The translations under genes were made by a program, and so were the position numbers. DNA of 36,987 nt, taken from a virus. Its lineage: Duplodnaviria; Caudoviricetes. Where the stretch lies: positions 1 to 36,987 of the IMG/VR virus record IMGVR_UViG_3300035670_000674; one strand, written 5' to 3'. Under the pieces are notes generated by a model. That model did not search any database. It was given only the letters and a program-made list of their open reading frames with translations, and was not told the DNA's origin. Every line of letters starts with the position of its first letter. Position 1 is the first letter of the stretch. Positions 1 through 9,694 of the stretch are shown one piece after another.

Positions 1-81
1 CATGGTGCTATACCACACACAGCATTACCAAATAAAGATGACAAAAGATTAATAGTAAGTGGAAATATAAACTTTTTTTAA
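1..81 (+). CDS. 3' end of probable 2OG-Fe(II) oxygenase (partial)
   Basis: Frame 1 reads HGAIPHTALPNKDDKRLIVSGNINFF*, matching the C-terminal H-x-x-x-PN...R-x-x-x-S-x-N pattern of phage 2OG-Fe(II) oxygenases. Confidence 0.55.
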   Translation, partial: HGAIPHTALPNKDDKRLIVSGNINFF

Positions 82-206
82 TCTAATAAACATAAACTAT
101 TGCAGAATGTATAGAATACTTTAATAATAAAAAATGAATATATAAATAATAATTATGTTTCCATATTCAAATGAAGAACTTGAATTTTTAAACAAAGGAG
201 GTTAAT

Positions 207-341
207 ATGTTTAATCTAAATCCTTTTAAACTTCCAACTTACAAAGAAGTTAAAGAATCAGCTGAAAAGCTTTATAATGATTCTGTTAAGTTTTTTGAAG
301 ATTGGTACAAGGATATTGAAAAACATTTCAATAAAAAATAA
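207..341 (+). CDS. small hypothetical protein (44 aa, MFNLNPFKLPTY...)
   Basis: Strong RBS AAAGGAGGT just upstream; stop abuts next ATG at 342; not in the ORF track. Confidence 0.65.
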   Translation: MFNLNPFKLPTYKEVKESAEKLYNDSVKFFEDWYKDIEKHFNKK

Positions 342-668
342 ATGTCTAATACATATAAAAGTACGTTTTTTGATTTAACTACTACAAATCAAACTACTGT
401 TTATACTGTGCCAACAGGTGTTAAAGCACTTGTAAAAACTATACAATGTTCTAATCACACAGGTAATACTAAAGTTGAAGTATTTGTAACTGACACTAGT
501 GCTTCTACAACTACTGAAATTGCTGAACTTACAATGGCAGCTAGTACAACAGAAAATTTTGCTAAAGGTCCAATTGTATTAGATGAAAGCGATATACTTA
601 AAATTACTGCAGATACAGCAAATAGAGTTACAGGAACTGTTTCTATTTTAGAAGTTTCTTACGAATGA
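342..668 (+). CDS. putative beta-rich virion protein, paralogue of 34080..34403
   Basis: Thr/Val-rich, same length and motifs (T-T-V-Y-T, I-x-x-x-N, D-I-L-K-x-x-x-D-T-A) as the 107-aa tail-associated protein. Confidence 0.6.
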   Translation: MSNTYKSTFFDLTTTNQTTVYTVPTGVKALVKTIQCSNHTGNTKVEVFVTDTSASTTTEIAELTMAASTTENFAKGPIVLDESDILKITADTANRVTGTVSILEVSYE

Positions 669-1099
669 TTAATCTTGTTGGCATACCTAAAGATAAAGTT
701 GAAGCATCTTGGCCAAGAGTTGAACAATCTATAACAGAAGCTTTAATTAGATCTGGAGGGTATGCTAACTCAAATCATTTTAAAGAATGGTGTGTTGAAG
801 GCAAATGTCAATTATGGATTCTTTGGGATTCTGAAGAACCAGTTGATATAAAAAAATATTATGGTGTCGTTGTAACAGAACTTATACAAAGACCTTTACA
901 AAAATGTTTTTATATTCGTATAATGACTGGACATCATAGAGAAAAATGGCAACATTTAATTAAAGAACTTGAAAAGTTTGCTTATGAAAATAATTGTGAT
1001 AAGATGGAACTTATTGCAAGACCAGGATGGGAAAAAATTTTAAGGAACTTTAGATATAAAAAAAGCCACATTCTTTTAGAAAAACAATTAAAAAAATAA
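665..1099 (+). CDS. putative GNAT-like virion assembly protein (P22 gp14 / T7 gp13 position), copy 1
   Basis: QLW...VVTE...TG...W...C-x-KMEL-x-x-RPGWE-x-IL motifs; lies upstream of ejection genes. Confidence 0.55.
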   Translation: MINLVGIPKDKVEASWPRVEQSITEALIRSGGYANSNHFKEWCVEGKCQLWILWDSEEPVDIKKYYGVVVTELIQRPLQKCFYIRIMTGHHREKWQHLIKELEKFAYENNCDKMELIARPGWEKILRNFRYKKSHILLEKQLKK

Positions 1100-1103
1100 T
1101 TGT

Positions 1104-1583
1104 ATGTTATTAAATTATAAAGACAACATTACTGAATTTCCAGTTAATACTAAAAACAGTAAAACAAAATTAGATTTAATATTATGTAAACCACATGAAA
1201 TTAACGAAGTGTGGATGTATGTTAAAGATTTAATACAAGCAGCTTGTGATAGAGCTGGTGGTTTTGCAGATGCTAGTCATGTTAAAGAATGGTTAGAAAA
1301 AGCTACTATGCAATTATGGATTGCTTTTGATCCTAACCACAAAGAAATTAAATGTGTTACTGTTACTGAAATTAGACAATACCCTAAATATAAAGTTTGT
1401 GATTGTAAAATAACTACAGGCACAAGTTATAAAGCTTGGGTAGATTTTATGGACAATGTTGTTAATTGGGCAAGATCATTAGGTTGTAAAAAAATGGAAT
1501 TATTTACAAGACCTGGTTGGGAACGAATACTTAAAAATAAACAATTTAAAAAAACACACGTACAATTAGAAAAAACATTATGA
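1104..1583 (+). CDS. putative GNAT-like virion assembly protein, copy 2
   Basis: Clear paralogue of 665..1099 (HVKEW, QLWI, VTEI, GCKKMELFTRPGWERIL, LEK). Confidence 0.55.
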   Translation: MLLNYKDNITEFPVNTKNSKTKLDLILCKPHEINEVWMYVKDLIQAACDRAGGFADASHVKEWLEKATMQLWIAFDPNHKEIKCVTVTEIRQYPKYKVCDCKITTGTSYKAWVDFMDNVVNWARSLGCKKMELFTRPGWERILKNKQFKKTHVQLEKTL

Positions 1584-2494
1584 TTGATTTAAAAACACTA
1601 ACACTAAAACAAAAAATTAAAATATTTAAAGATCTTTACAAAGAAATATCTAACAAAGGTATTAATGGTGATACTGAACTTGCACACATAAATCCTTTTG
1701 AAGCTAGACTTCTTAAAATGTATGGCGGTTCTGGGACTATTAATGAAGAAACAGGATTAAAACAATATTTTGGTGGTGGAGGTGGAGGAGGTACTACTAC
1801 TAGTACTTCTCAAACAGTAGCAGAACCTTATGGTCCATCTACTACAAATTTAAATCAAATTTTAAGTGAAGCACAAAATATATATGGTAGAGGCCCATCA
1901 GGTTATGTACCTCAATCTGCATTAACTTTAGAAGGTTTAGCAGCTCAAGAAGCTATGGCTAGACAAGCCAATACACAATTATCAGATACTGTTGCAGGTA
2001 AATACTCTAATCCATTTTTATCACCTATTATTGCACAAGCAGCTCAAGATGTTTACACAGGTGTTAATGAAGCCTATTCAGGTGTAGGAAGAACTGCATC
2101 TTCTCCAGTAGCTCAATCACAAGTAGCTAAGAGTGTAGCTCAAACTGCTTTGCCATTTGCTTTTAATGCTTATGAATCTGAACGTGCTAGACAATTACAA
2201 ACTGCACAACAAGCAACAAGCTTAACTGGTGTAGGACAAACTTACGAAGATTATATTAGACAACAACAACAAGCTCCTTATCAGTCATTAGTAGAGTATG
2301 CTAACATTGTAAATCCTGTAGCTAGAGGTGGTCAAACACAAACTGTATTTGGTCCATCACCTAATAGATTAGGTCAAGCAGCAGGAGGATTCTTAGCTGG
2401 TTCTGCAATTGGTTCTCAATTACCATCTATTGGTGGTTATTCTGGTGCTATGTATGGAGGTCTTTTAGGTAGTATATTTGGCGGATTAAAATAA
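1580..2494 (+). CDS. DNA ejection / internal virion protein (P22 gp7-like position)
   Basis: Gly-run, Gln/Ala-rich body, hydrophobic Gly-rich C-terminus; N-terminal GDTELAHINP-x-EA-x-LL-x-x-x-GGSGTIN motif. Confidence 0.6.
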   Translation: MIDLKTLTLKQKIKIFKDLYKEISNKGINGDTELAHINPFEARLLKMYGGSGTINEETGLKQYFGGGGGGGTTTSTSQTVAEPYGPSTTNLNQILSEAQNIYGRGPSGYVPQSALTLEGLAAQEAMARQANTQLSDTVAGKYSNPFLSPIIAQAAQDVYTGVNEAYSGVGRTASSPVAQSQVAKSVAQTALPFAFNAYESERARQLQTAQQATSLTGVGQTYEDYIRQQQQAPYQSLVEYANIVNPVARGGQTQTVFGPSPNRLGQAAGGFLAGSAIGSQLPSIGGYSGAMYGGLLGSIFGGLK

Positions 2495-3378
2495 TGAGTA
2501 AAATTTTTGATGTTGCTGGAGATGTAGTAGATACTACTGTTGACTTTGTTGATGACAATAAAGAAATATTAGCAGCAATAGCTTTAGCTTATGCAACAAG
2601 TGGAGCTTCTGTTCCAGAAACTACTGCAGCAGCGACAGCTGAAGCAACAGCAGCAGAATTAACTGCAGCTGAAATAGCAGCACAAGAAGCAGCTAGAGTT
2701 GCAGCTATGGAAGCTAGTAAACAAGAAGCTATGAGACAAACACTTGCTTTATCAAAAGGAAGTGGTGAAGTTGCTTTAGCTGGTAGTCCAGGATTTCTTC
2801 CTAATACTATGACAGTTGGACAAGCTTATCCAGAATTAATAGGGCAAGTGCAACCAAACACATTAGTAACTGGTTCACCAACTAATATAGAAAGTATTTA
2901 TCCTGAACTTAGAGGACAAGTAGATCCTTCTTCTCAAGTAGTTATGAAAGGGGCTTCTCAACCAAATATATTTGAAAGAGGTTTTACTGCTGTTAAAGAT
3001 GCAGGAACAGCTTTTGTAAACGATCCAATTGGATCTACATCTAGAGCTTTTGAAGAATATAGACCTAAAACTCCTGGTGAATATTTTACAACAGCATTAA
3101 CTTTGTCTGCTGGTGGAAATGTTATTAGTGCTTTAAATCCACCAGAACAAGAACAAGCTAGACCAAGATCTACTACTAATACATATGAAGGACCACAAGC
3201 TCCTAAAACATATGTTACACAACCAGCTACATTACCATTGCCAACAAGATATGATGTAGCAAAACAACAAGTTTCTAAAACAGTAGGTACTCCTACTAGT
3301 GTTGGATTATTAGCAGTTAATAATAGTCCATTTTATGATTTTTTAAAAACAAACAATTTAAATAGAGGTATATTATAA
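2494..3378 (+). CDS. putative internal virion / ejection protein
   Basis: Ala-rich, low complexity, TAATG-coupled within the ejection cluster. Confidence 0.5.
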   Translation: MSKIFDVAGDVVDTTVDFVDDNKEILAAIALAYATSGASVPETTAAATAEATAAELTAAEIAAQEAARVAAMEASKQEAMRQTLALSKGSGEVALAGSPGFLPNTMTVGQAYPELIGQVQPNTLVTGSPTNIESIYPELRGQVDPSSQVVMKGASQPNIFERGFTAVKDAGTAFVNDPIGSTSRAFEEYRPKTPGEYFTTALTLSAGGNVISALNPPEQEQARPRSTTNTYEGPQAPKTYVTQPATLPLPTRYDVAKQQVSKTVGTPTSVGLLAVNNSPFYDFLKTNNLNRGIL

Positions 3379-4424
3379 TGGCATCAATATTTGATGATTT
3401 AAGAAATAAAGGTTCAGGATTGTTAGGCGATCTAAATAATTTTTTATTTTCTGATACTAGAACACAAGAACAAAAAGATGCTTCTTCATATGGTTTTAAT
3501 GAAGTATCTGAAGGTTTACAAAATGTATATCAGAACGAATCAAAAACTGCATTTACTCCTAGACCAGTTGCTCCTGCACCTGTTAACCCAAATGCAAAAA
3601 CTCCTGTTCCAATGAATAAAGGAGAAAGTACATTTTTAGGAGCTGTTGGAGAATATTTTAATAATGCTCAAAAAACTTGGAAAGACAAAGGTGGCTTTGA
3701 TGCTCTTATGTCTAATCCACAATTTGGTATTGGTTTATCTTTATTACAACAAGCTAGTGAAGGAAAAACTATTGGAGCTAGTGCTTTAAAGGCTATGGTT
3801 GATGGTGGAATTATATCTGAAACTTATGCTAAAAAAATAGCTGCTCGTGGTTCTGTTACAGGACCAGCAACTGCACAACAAATTGAAGCTGTTAAAGCTA
3901 AACTTGCTGCATCTGGATTAGCAGGTAAACCTACTTATTTACAACAAGTTATAGATATGTTTAAAGGAGAAAGTACTACAGCTAAACAAGATATGGCTTA
4001 TGGTGAAATATATAAATTAGCTGAAAAGAAAGCTAAAGCTGTAGCTAAAACTGGTAAAGAAGTTAATATTGATGATTACTTAGAAGAAGCAGCAAGAGAA
4101 TATATTGCTTCTAACAAAGGTGTTGTTGGTGGATCTGGTTTTGGAATACTTGGTGAAAAATCAATTACTAAAAAAGTAGATACTACTAAACAAAAAATTG
4201 TAGGAGAAAGACAATTAGGTGGACCAGTTGCTAAAGATAAAGCATACTTAGTAGGTGAAGTAGGGCCAGAAGTATTTATACCTAATGTATCTGGTAAGAT
4301 TGTATCAAATGATGACTCTAAAATAATTAATTTATTACTAGAAGCTAATCCAAATCTTAAAGGAGTTAGTCCAGCTAGAGCTGAAAAAATATTACGTAAT
4401 AGATTCCCTGACTATTTTGAATAA
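3378..4424 (+). CDS. putative internal virion / ejection protein with tape-measure-type C-terminal motif
   Basis: TAATG-coupled; GGPV...YLVGEVGPEVFIP motif near C-terminus. Confidence 0.5.
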   Translation: MASIFDDLRNKGSGLLGDLNNFLFSDTRTQEQKDASSYGFNEVSEGLQNVYQNESKTAFTPRPVAPAPVNPNAKTPVPMNKGESTFLGAVGEYFNNAQKTWKDKGGFDALMSNPQFGIGLSLLQQASEGKTIGASALKAMVDGGIISETYAKKIAARGSVTGPATAQQIEAVKAKLAASGLAGKPTYLQQVIDMFKGESTTAKQDMAYGEIYKLAEKKAKAVAKTGKEVNIDDYLEEAAREYIASNKGVVGGSGFGILGEKSITKKVDTTKQKIVGERQLGGPVAKDKAYLVGEVGPEVFIPNVSGKIVSNDDSKIINLLLEANPNLKGVSPARAEKILRNRFPDYFE

Positions 4425-5071
4425 TGAAAATAATTAAATCTAGATTTCCTATTACTAAATTACCAGCTGGTAAAGTAGTACGTCAATCAGATGTAGATGT
4501 TGCCGCAGAAAAATCTTTTGTTAAAAAGTTTGGTGATAGACCTGCATATATGGGTTATGGTATGGAAGGTTCTGGATCATTAGCTGCAAGAGACTACGCA
4601 GAAAAAGTTGCTAATAGAGTTTACTTTAAAAAATTAAAATCTGAATTAAGCAAAACTAGAAAGATTACTGCAACAGGTGTTAAATCATTAAAAGCTTCTG
4701 GCAGCAAAGTATCTAAGTCAGGACTTAAAATTGGTAAAGCTCGTGGTGCTATGAAAGCTGATATAATAGCTAGAACAGAAGCAGATGTAGCTATGGATAG
4801 AATCATGGAAAGATATACAGCTCGTAAAGCTAAATCTTTTAAAGCAGCTCCAGTTAAAGTAAGACAAGTTTCTCAAGAAGCAGCAACAGCTATGGGTTTT
4901 TCTCCAGAAAGAAAATTTGCACCTAGTGCTAAAGTTGCTACTCAAGAAGATGTTTATAATTTAGCTAAATCTGAAAGAAGAATTAAATATAAAAAACCTA
5001 AAGTTAAAACTACTAAATCTAATTTTGAAACAGAATTTAAATCATATATAAGTAAAGAATTTAAGTTATAA
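4424..5071 (+). CDS. Lys/Arg/Ala-rich basic hypothetical protein
   Basis: 215-aa ORF coupled on both sides, very basic composition. Confidence 0.6.
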   Translation: MKIIKSRFPITKLPAGKVVRQSDVDVAAEKSFVKKFGDRPAYMGYGMEGSGSLAARDYAEKVANRVYFKKLKSELSKTRKITATGVKSLKASGSKVSKSGLKIGKARGAMKADIIARTEADVAMDRIMERYTARKAKSFKAAPVKVRQVSQEAATAMGFSPERKFAPSAKVATQEDVYNLAKSERRIKYKKPKVKTTKSNFETEFKSYISKEFKL

Positions 5072-8000
5072 TGGCTAATCCTTTAAGGACTACTGAGTTA
5101 AATCTTAATGATCCTATTAATGATTTAACTGATGGTTTAATTGATCCATCTCAAAGACCACAACAACAAGAGCCTCCAGGATTTTTTAGTTCATTACGTA
5201 ATCCTGTAGAGTTAATATTAGAAGAATCTGTACCTGCATCATTATATCAATGGATGACTGGTAATACTAAAAAAGTACAAGCTAAAAAAGCTTTACAATT
5301 TTTAGAACAATATCCTTATTTACAAAATACACCACGTTATAAAGAAGCTGAACGTATTTATAAAAAGTTTGGTTATCTTCTTGAAGAAGGAAGCCAAGAG
5401 TTTAGTGGTGATGAAATGGTAAAAATGGTTAAGCAATATCCATCTGTGTTTGGAGCTGAGCTTGTAAACATGATGGTTGCTGATCCTTATTTATTTTTAT
5501 TACCAAGTGTTGCTTATGCTAGATTAGGTAGAGGTATTTCTAATTCTCTTAAACTTAAATATTCTAAGTCATTTAAACCAATTAAACTTACTGCAGAAGA
5601 ACAAGCCTTAAAGCAAACAGCTAATGCTGATATTCTTTATGGTGCTATGGGTACTGTACTTACTCCATTAGCATTTTCATCTGCTATGCAATTAGGTGAA
5701 CAAGGTGTTATATCTGGTAGTCGTACTTCTCTTGAAACGACTATAGGTGCTACTGCTGGTTTGTTACTCAGCGGTGGTATTGGAGCTATATCAGGTCTTG
5801 CTTCTAAAATTGGAAGTATAAGACCAGATGCTGTTAAACGAGCTACTAATAATGTTATTTCAAATAGCGATGAAGATCTAACCAAGTTATTTGAATACAA
5901 TGATAAGACTGGTAACTTTGAATATGTAGATAAACTATTTGATGAAATAGATAATCTATCAAAAAATATTGATCCAAAGATTAGAGATGTATCTAGCCAA
6001 GAAACAATTAACTTTCATAAACGAAGCATAACTTCTTTAGCTAGACCTATTATTGAAAATGGTGTTAATGCTTCTAAAAATAGTGCAGTTAAAAATGCAG
6101 CTAGTCTTGGTGGTGTATTAGCAGCAGGATCTTTCTTAACAGCTGATGATGAAAAAATTGCAGCAGCAGGACAAGGATTTTTATTAGGTGCTGGTATTTA
6201 TGCTGCAGCTAAAACAGTAAACAAGTTTTTAAAATCATCTAAAGACGATATTACTCAAATTAGACAACAAGATTTTGAAGATACAATAAACTCTATTGAT
6301 ATTGCTAATCACAAATACTTCAGTCATGTATCTCAATTGTCTGGTAAAATTCAAGAATTAATTCCTGATCCAATAAGCTCTAGAAAAATATTTCATTACA
6401 TACAACAAACAGAAATAGGTGGTAAAAAAATTAAACTATCTGATTTAAACCCTGATGAAAAATTAGGTCTTAATGCAATAAGAAATATATTTAAACAATT
6501 TGAAGATACTTTACAAGATCTTGACGAACCAATTTTAAAAAACATTAGAGATAATTATCTACCTATTATTTGGAGTGAATATAGAGGATTTAATCCTTCT
6601 CAATTTGCAGATATATTTGATACTAAAGTTTACGGTCCAACTAAAAGTTTTAAATTTGCTAAAAAAAGAATTTACGATACAATTAACGAAGGTTTAAAAA
6701 AAGGTTTTAGACTTAAACCTGGCATGGATAATGCTATTGAATTACTTAAAGTATATGCTATTGCAGCTGGTAAAGCAGTATCAACACGAGCTTTATTAAA
6801 AAATCTTAGAACTAGTAGTGTACCTGGAATTACTAAATCTCCATTTATTGCAGTAACTAATGAAGAAGTTTTAAATGTGATGCGTGGTCCATACGCAAAA
6901 GAGTATGTAGATTTTACACATCCTTACATTAATGCTAATGCACCAGTTAAAGTACACCAAGCAATAGTAGCTCCACTTAAAATGATATTTTCTGCTGAAT
7001 CAGAAAATCAATTTATAACAGCTATGTTTAATACTAACCTTGTTATGAAACGATTAGCTGTAGGCTTTTCATTTTTTCATGCTGGTGGATTAATTGAAAA
7101 TGCTTTCTTTACAGGATTAAGTTTTAAAGCTATTGGAGCTATATTAAATCCTAGATCTGCACCTGATATTGTTAAAGCAATTAATAATCCTACATTAGAT
7201 TTTAAAGACTTTCCTTTATCTAAAGTTACTAAAGACTTAATACAGTCTTATGGATTTAATGATGTATTTGAATTTGCTAGATCAGCAGGTTTAGTAATTG
7301 AACGTGGTACAATTGACCAAGCTCATGACAGATTTTATTCTGTAGTTAACAGAACTACATCTGGTCTTAATAATTTATTAGGTTATCAATTTGGTACTAA
7401 AACAATTGGTAAAGCTAAAAAAGTATTTGAATGGTTTGATCGTGTTACATGGGATAGAGTATATACATCTGCTAAACTATTTTCATTTTTAAAAAACTTT
7501 GAAAGATTAGCAAAGCCTGGTGATCAAACATTTAATATATATGCTAATGCTCGTATTGCATCACAAGTAACTAATGATGCTTTTGGTGGATTAAACTGGG
7601 TACAAATAACACAAAGAATACAAAATCCACTTTATAAAAAATTAGCACAAACTGTATTTCAACCTGGATCTAAAGGTTATATGCAGTTGTTATTATTTGC
7701 TCCTGACTGGACAATATCTAATCTTAGAATAGCATTTAAAGCTTTGCCTTTATTTGAAAGCAATCCTGATGCTAGAAGATTATATCAGTTATACTTTGCA
7801 CGAACAGCATTAATCTATGCTACTATTGGTAGTGCATTAAACTATATATTCTCAGAACATTCTATATTAGAAAATAAAGATCCAACTAGAATAGACTTAG
7901 GTAATGGAGAAGTTCTTACATTCTCTAAACAATTTATGGAACCATTTGATTGGGTAACTAATCCTTATGGTACTGGTGTTAAAAAATTAGGATCATTACC

Positions 8001-8328
8001 TAAATCTGTTGTAGAAGTATTGACTAATAAACAATACTTAACTAGCAAATGGTCTCCACGTATTACTGAGTATGATGATAATAATATCACCAAAGCTCTT
8101 AAATATGGTGGACAAGTTGGTAAAAAGTTTTTACCTATATGGGTACAACAAGCAACAGAAACAGTTGAGAAAGGTTTACTTAAAGACGGCATATCAGCAG
8201 ATCTTGCCGCAGACGTAGCTCTTAATTGGTTCTTAGGACAAACTGGACATCCTAAATATAAAGCTCCTAGAACAAGTGAATATAAACTACAAGGTTTAGT
8301 AAGAAATCCTTACGAAACATTATTTTAA
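5071..8328 (+). CDS. large internal virion / ejection protein (P22 gp16 / T7 gp16 position)
   Basis: 1085 aa, last and largest gene of the ejection cluster, helical with Gly/Ala hydrophobic segments. Confidence 0.6.
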   Translation: MANPLRTTELNLNDPINDLTDGLIDPSQRPQQQEPPGFFSSLRNPVELILEESVPASLYQWMTGNTKKVQAKKALQFLEQYPYLQNTPRYKEAERIYKKFGYLLEEGSQEFSGDEMVKMVKQYPSVFGAELVNMMVADPYLFLLPSVAYARLGRGISNSLKLKYSKSFKPIKLTAEEQALKQTANADILYGAMGTVLTPLAFSSAMQLGEQGVISGSRTSLETTIGATAGLLLSGGIGAISGLASKIGSIRPDAVKRATNNVISNSDEDLTKLFEYNDKTGNFEYVDKLFDEIDNLSKNIDPKIRDVSSQETINFHKRSITSLARPIIENGVNASKNSAVKNAASLGGVLAAGSFLTADDEKIAAAGQGFLLGAGIYAAAKTVNKFLKSSKDDITQIRQQDFEDTINSIDIANHKYFSHVSQLSGKIQELIPDPISSRKIFHYIQQTEIGGKKIKLSDLNPDEKLGLNAIRNIFKQFEDTLQDLDEPILKNIRDNYLPIIWSEYRGFNPSQFADIFDTKVYGPTKSFKFAKKRIYDTINEGLKKGFRLKPGMDNAIELLKVYAIAAGKAVSTRALLKNLRTSSVPGITKSPFIAVTNEEVLNVMRGPYAKEYVDFTHPYINANAPVKVHQAIVAPLKMIFSAESENQFITAMFNTNLVMKRLAVGFSFFHAGGLIENAFFTGLSFKAIGAILNPRSAPDIVKAINNPTLDFKDFPLSKVTKDLIQSYGFNDVFEFARSAGLVIERGTIDQAHDRFYSVVNRTTSGLNNLLGYQFGTKTIGKAKKVFEWFDRVTWDRVYTSAKLFSFLKNFERLAKPGDQTFNIYANARIASQVTNDAFGGLNWVQITQRIQNPLYKKLAQTVFQPGSKGYMQLLLFAPDWTISNLRIAFKALPLFESNPDARRLYQLYFARTALIYATIGSALNYIFSEHSILENKDPTRIDLGNGEVLTFSKQFMEPFDWVTNPYGTGVKKLGSLPKSVVEVLTNKQYLTSKWSPRITEYDDNNITKALKYGGQVGKKFLPIWVQQATETVEKGLLKDGISADLAADVALNWFLGQTGHPKYKAPRTSEYKLQGLVRNPYETLF

Positions 8329-8567
8329 TGGATAACAATATTGAAACAAAACTTTTAAATATTAATAATAGAGTTGATAAAGTATCTCTAGATATAGAGA
8401 TTATTAAATCAAATCATTTAGCTCACATAGAAAGTGATATAAATAGTCTTAATTTTAAAACAGACAGAATTGAAGATAAAGTAGATAAAACTTATTGGAT
8501 TCTTTTAACTGCAGCAGGTGCATTTATAGGAATCTTATTAGTTAATTTATTTAAATTTATAGATTAA
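8328..8567 (+). CDS. coiled-coil plus C-terminal TM small membrane protein (XhlA/holin-like)
   Basis: Heptad N-terminus with IKSNHLAHI motif, then TM segment YWILLTAAGAFIGILLVNLF. Confidence 0.55.
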   Translation: MDNNIETKLLNINNRVDKVSLDIEIIKSNHLAHIESDINSLNFKTDRIEDKVDKTYWILLTAAGAFIGILLVNLFKFID

Positions 8568-8611
8568 TTCAATCTATACTTGTTGATTAAATTTAGGTAT
8601 AAGAACTAACT

Positions 8612-9313
8612 ATGAACAAATCAATTTTAGTAATTAGTGATACTCATATACCCTATCATCACAAAGATTTAATACCTTATCTAGCAGCAATTAAAAAAGA
8701 ATATAAACCAGATCGTGTAATACACATTGGTGATGAATTAGATAAACACGCATTATCATTTCATGATAGTGATCCAGATCTTCCGAGTGCTGGAGATGAA
8801 TTAAGAATATCAATTCCAATCATACAGCAAATAGAAAAAATATTTCCTGTAATGGATTTGTTAGACTCTAATCATGGTAGTCTTGTTTACAGACGTAGCC
8901 TTAAGTATGGAATACCTAAAGCTTACTTACGAAAGTATAATGAATTTTTAAAGGTTAGTGATAAATGGAAATGGCACGATGATTTAGTCGTGCATACTAA
9001 TAATGGTCCTGTATATTTTTGTCATGGCAAAATGGCAGACGTATTAAAACTAGCTCAATCAATGGGTATGTCTTGCGTACAAGGACATTATCATTCGTCT
9101 TATTCAATTAAATACTATGGTAATTCGTTAGGATTATATTATGGTTTACAAGTAGGATGTTTAATTGACAAAGACTCTCTAGCATTTCGTTATAATAAAA
9201 CTCAACGCATGAGACCAATTATTGGTTGTGCTGTAATTATCAATGGTTTACCAAAACTAATACCTATGGTATTAAATAAATCTGGAAGATGGATTGGTAA
9301 AATCATTATATGA
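8612..9313 (+). CDS. calcineurin-like metallophosphoesterase
   Basis: Motifs SDTH, GDELD, SNH, CHG, GHYH in canonical order. Confidence 0.85.
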   Translation: MNKSILVISDTHIPYHHKDLIPYLAAIKKEYKPDRVIHIGDELDKHALSFHDSDPDLPSAGDELRISIPIIQQIEKIFPVMDLLDSNHGSLVYRRSLKYGIPKAYLRKYNEFLKVSDKWKWHDDLVVHTNNGPVYFCHGKMADVLKLAQSMGMSCVQGHYHSSYSIKYYGNSLGLYYGLQVGCLIDKDSLAFRYNKTQRMRPIIGCAVIINGLPKLIPMVLNKSGRWIGKIII

Positions 9314-9540
9314 GTAACAAAACATTCTTTAAACAAATAGGTGGATCACACTATAAACGTTTTAAAATTAGCCCAGCTAAATTTATAATGGAAAATAATA
9401 TCCCTTATGCTGAAGGTAATGTTATTAAATACATTTGCCGCCATTCTTTCAAGGGCAAGGAATTAGATCTTGCTAAAGCTAAACAATATATAGACTTTAT
9501 ACTTGAAACAAACTATGAAAAAAAAAAGCACAGTAAATAA
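9310..9540 (+). CDS. DUF3310 family protein (T7 gp1.7-related, putative nucleotide kinase)
   Basis: QIGGSHYK...EGNVIKYICRH-x-x-KG...DL-x-KA-x-x-Y signature. Confidence 0.8.
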   Translation: MSNKTFFKQIGGSHYKRFKISPAKFIMENNIPYAEGNVIKYICRHSFKGKELDLAKAKQYIDFILETNYEKKKHSK

Positions 9541-9694
9541 AGCTGGTGTATATACAAAACCATCTTTAAGAAAAAAATTATTTCAATCAATTAAATCTAG
9601 AGCTGTTATGGGTACTAAAGCTGGTCAATGGTCTGCACGTAAAGCTCAATTACTAGCTAAAACTTATAAAGCTAGAGGCGGTGGTTATAAATAA
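9515..9694 (+). CDS. small basic protein, DUF5872-like N-terminal half
   Basis: YTKP-x-LR...GQWSARKAQLLA-x-x-YK-x-x-GGGY motif; ATG at 9515 preferred over TTG at 9503. Confidence 0.65.
   Translation: MKKKSTVNKAGVYTKPSLRKKLFQSIKSRAVMGTKAGQWSARKAQLLAKTYKARGGGYK

Noticed and set aside
100-128. Possible sigma70 promoter TTGCAG-N17-AATAAT
   Set aside because: Weak match in very AT-rich DNA
4621-8192. Minus-strand ORFs 4621..4806, 4718..4945, 5637..5900, 7965..8192
   Set aside because: Antisense shadows of long + strand genes, without RBS or motifs
9518-9527. A10 run in the overlap of the DUF3310 and DUF5872-like genes as a frameshift site
   Set aside because: The downstream gene has its own ATG; poly-A Lys runs are common here; no stimulatory structure seen
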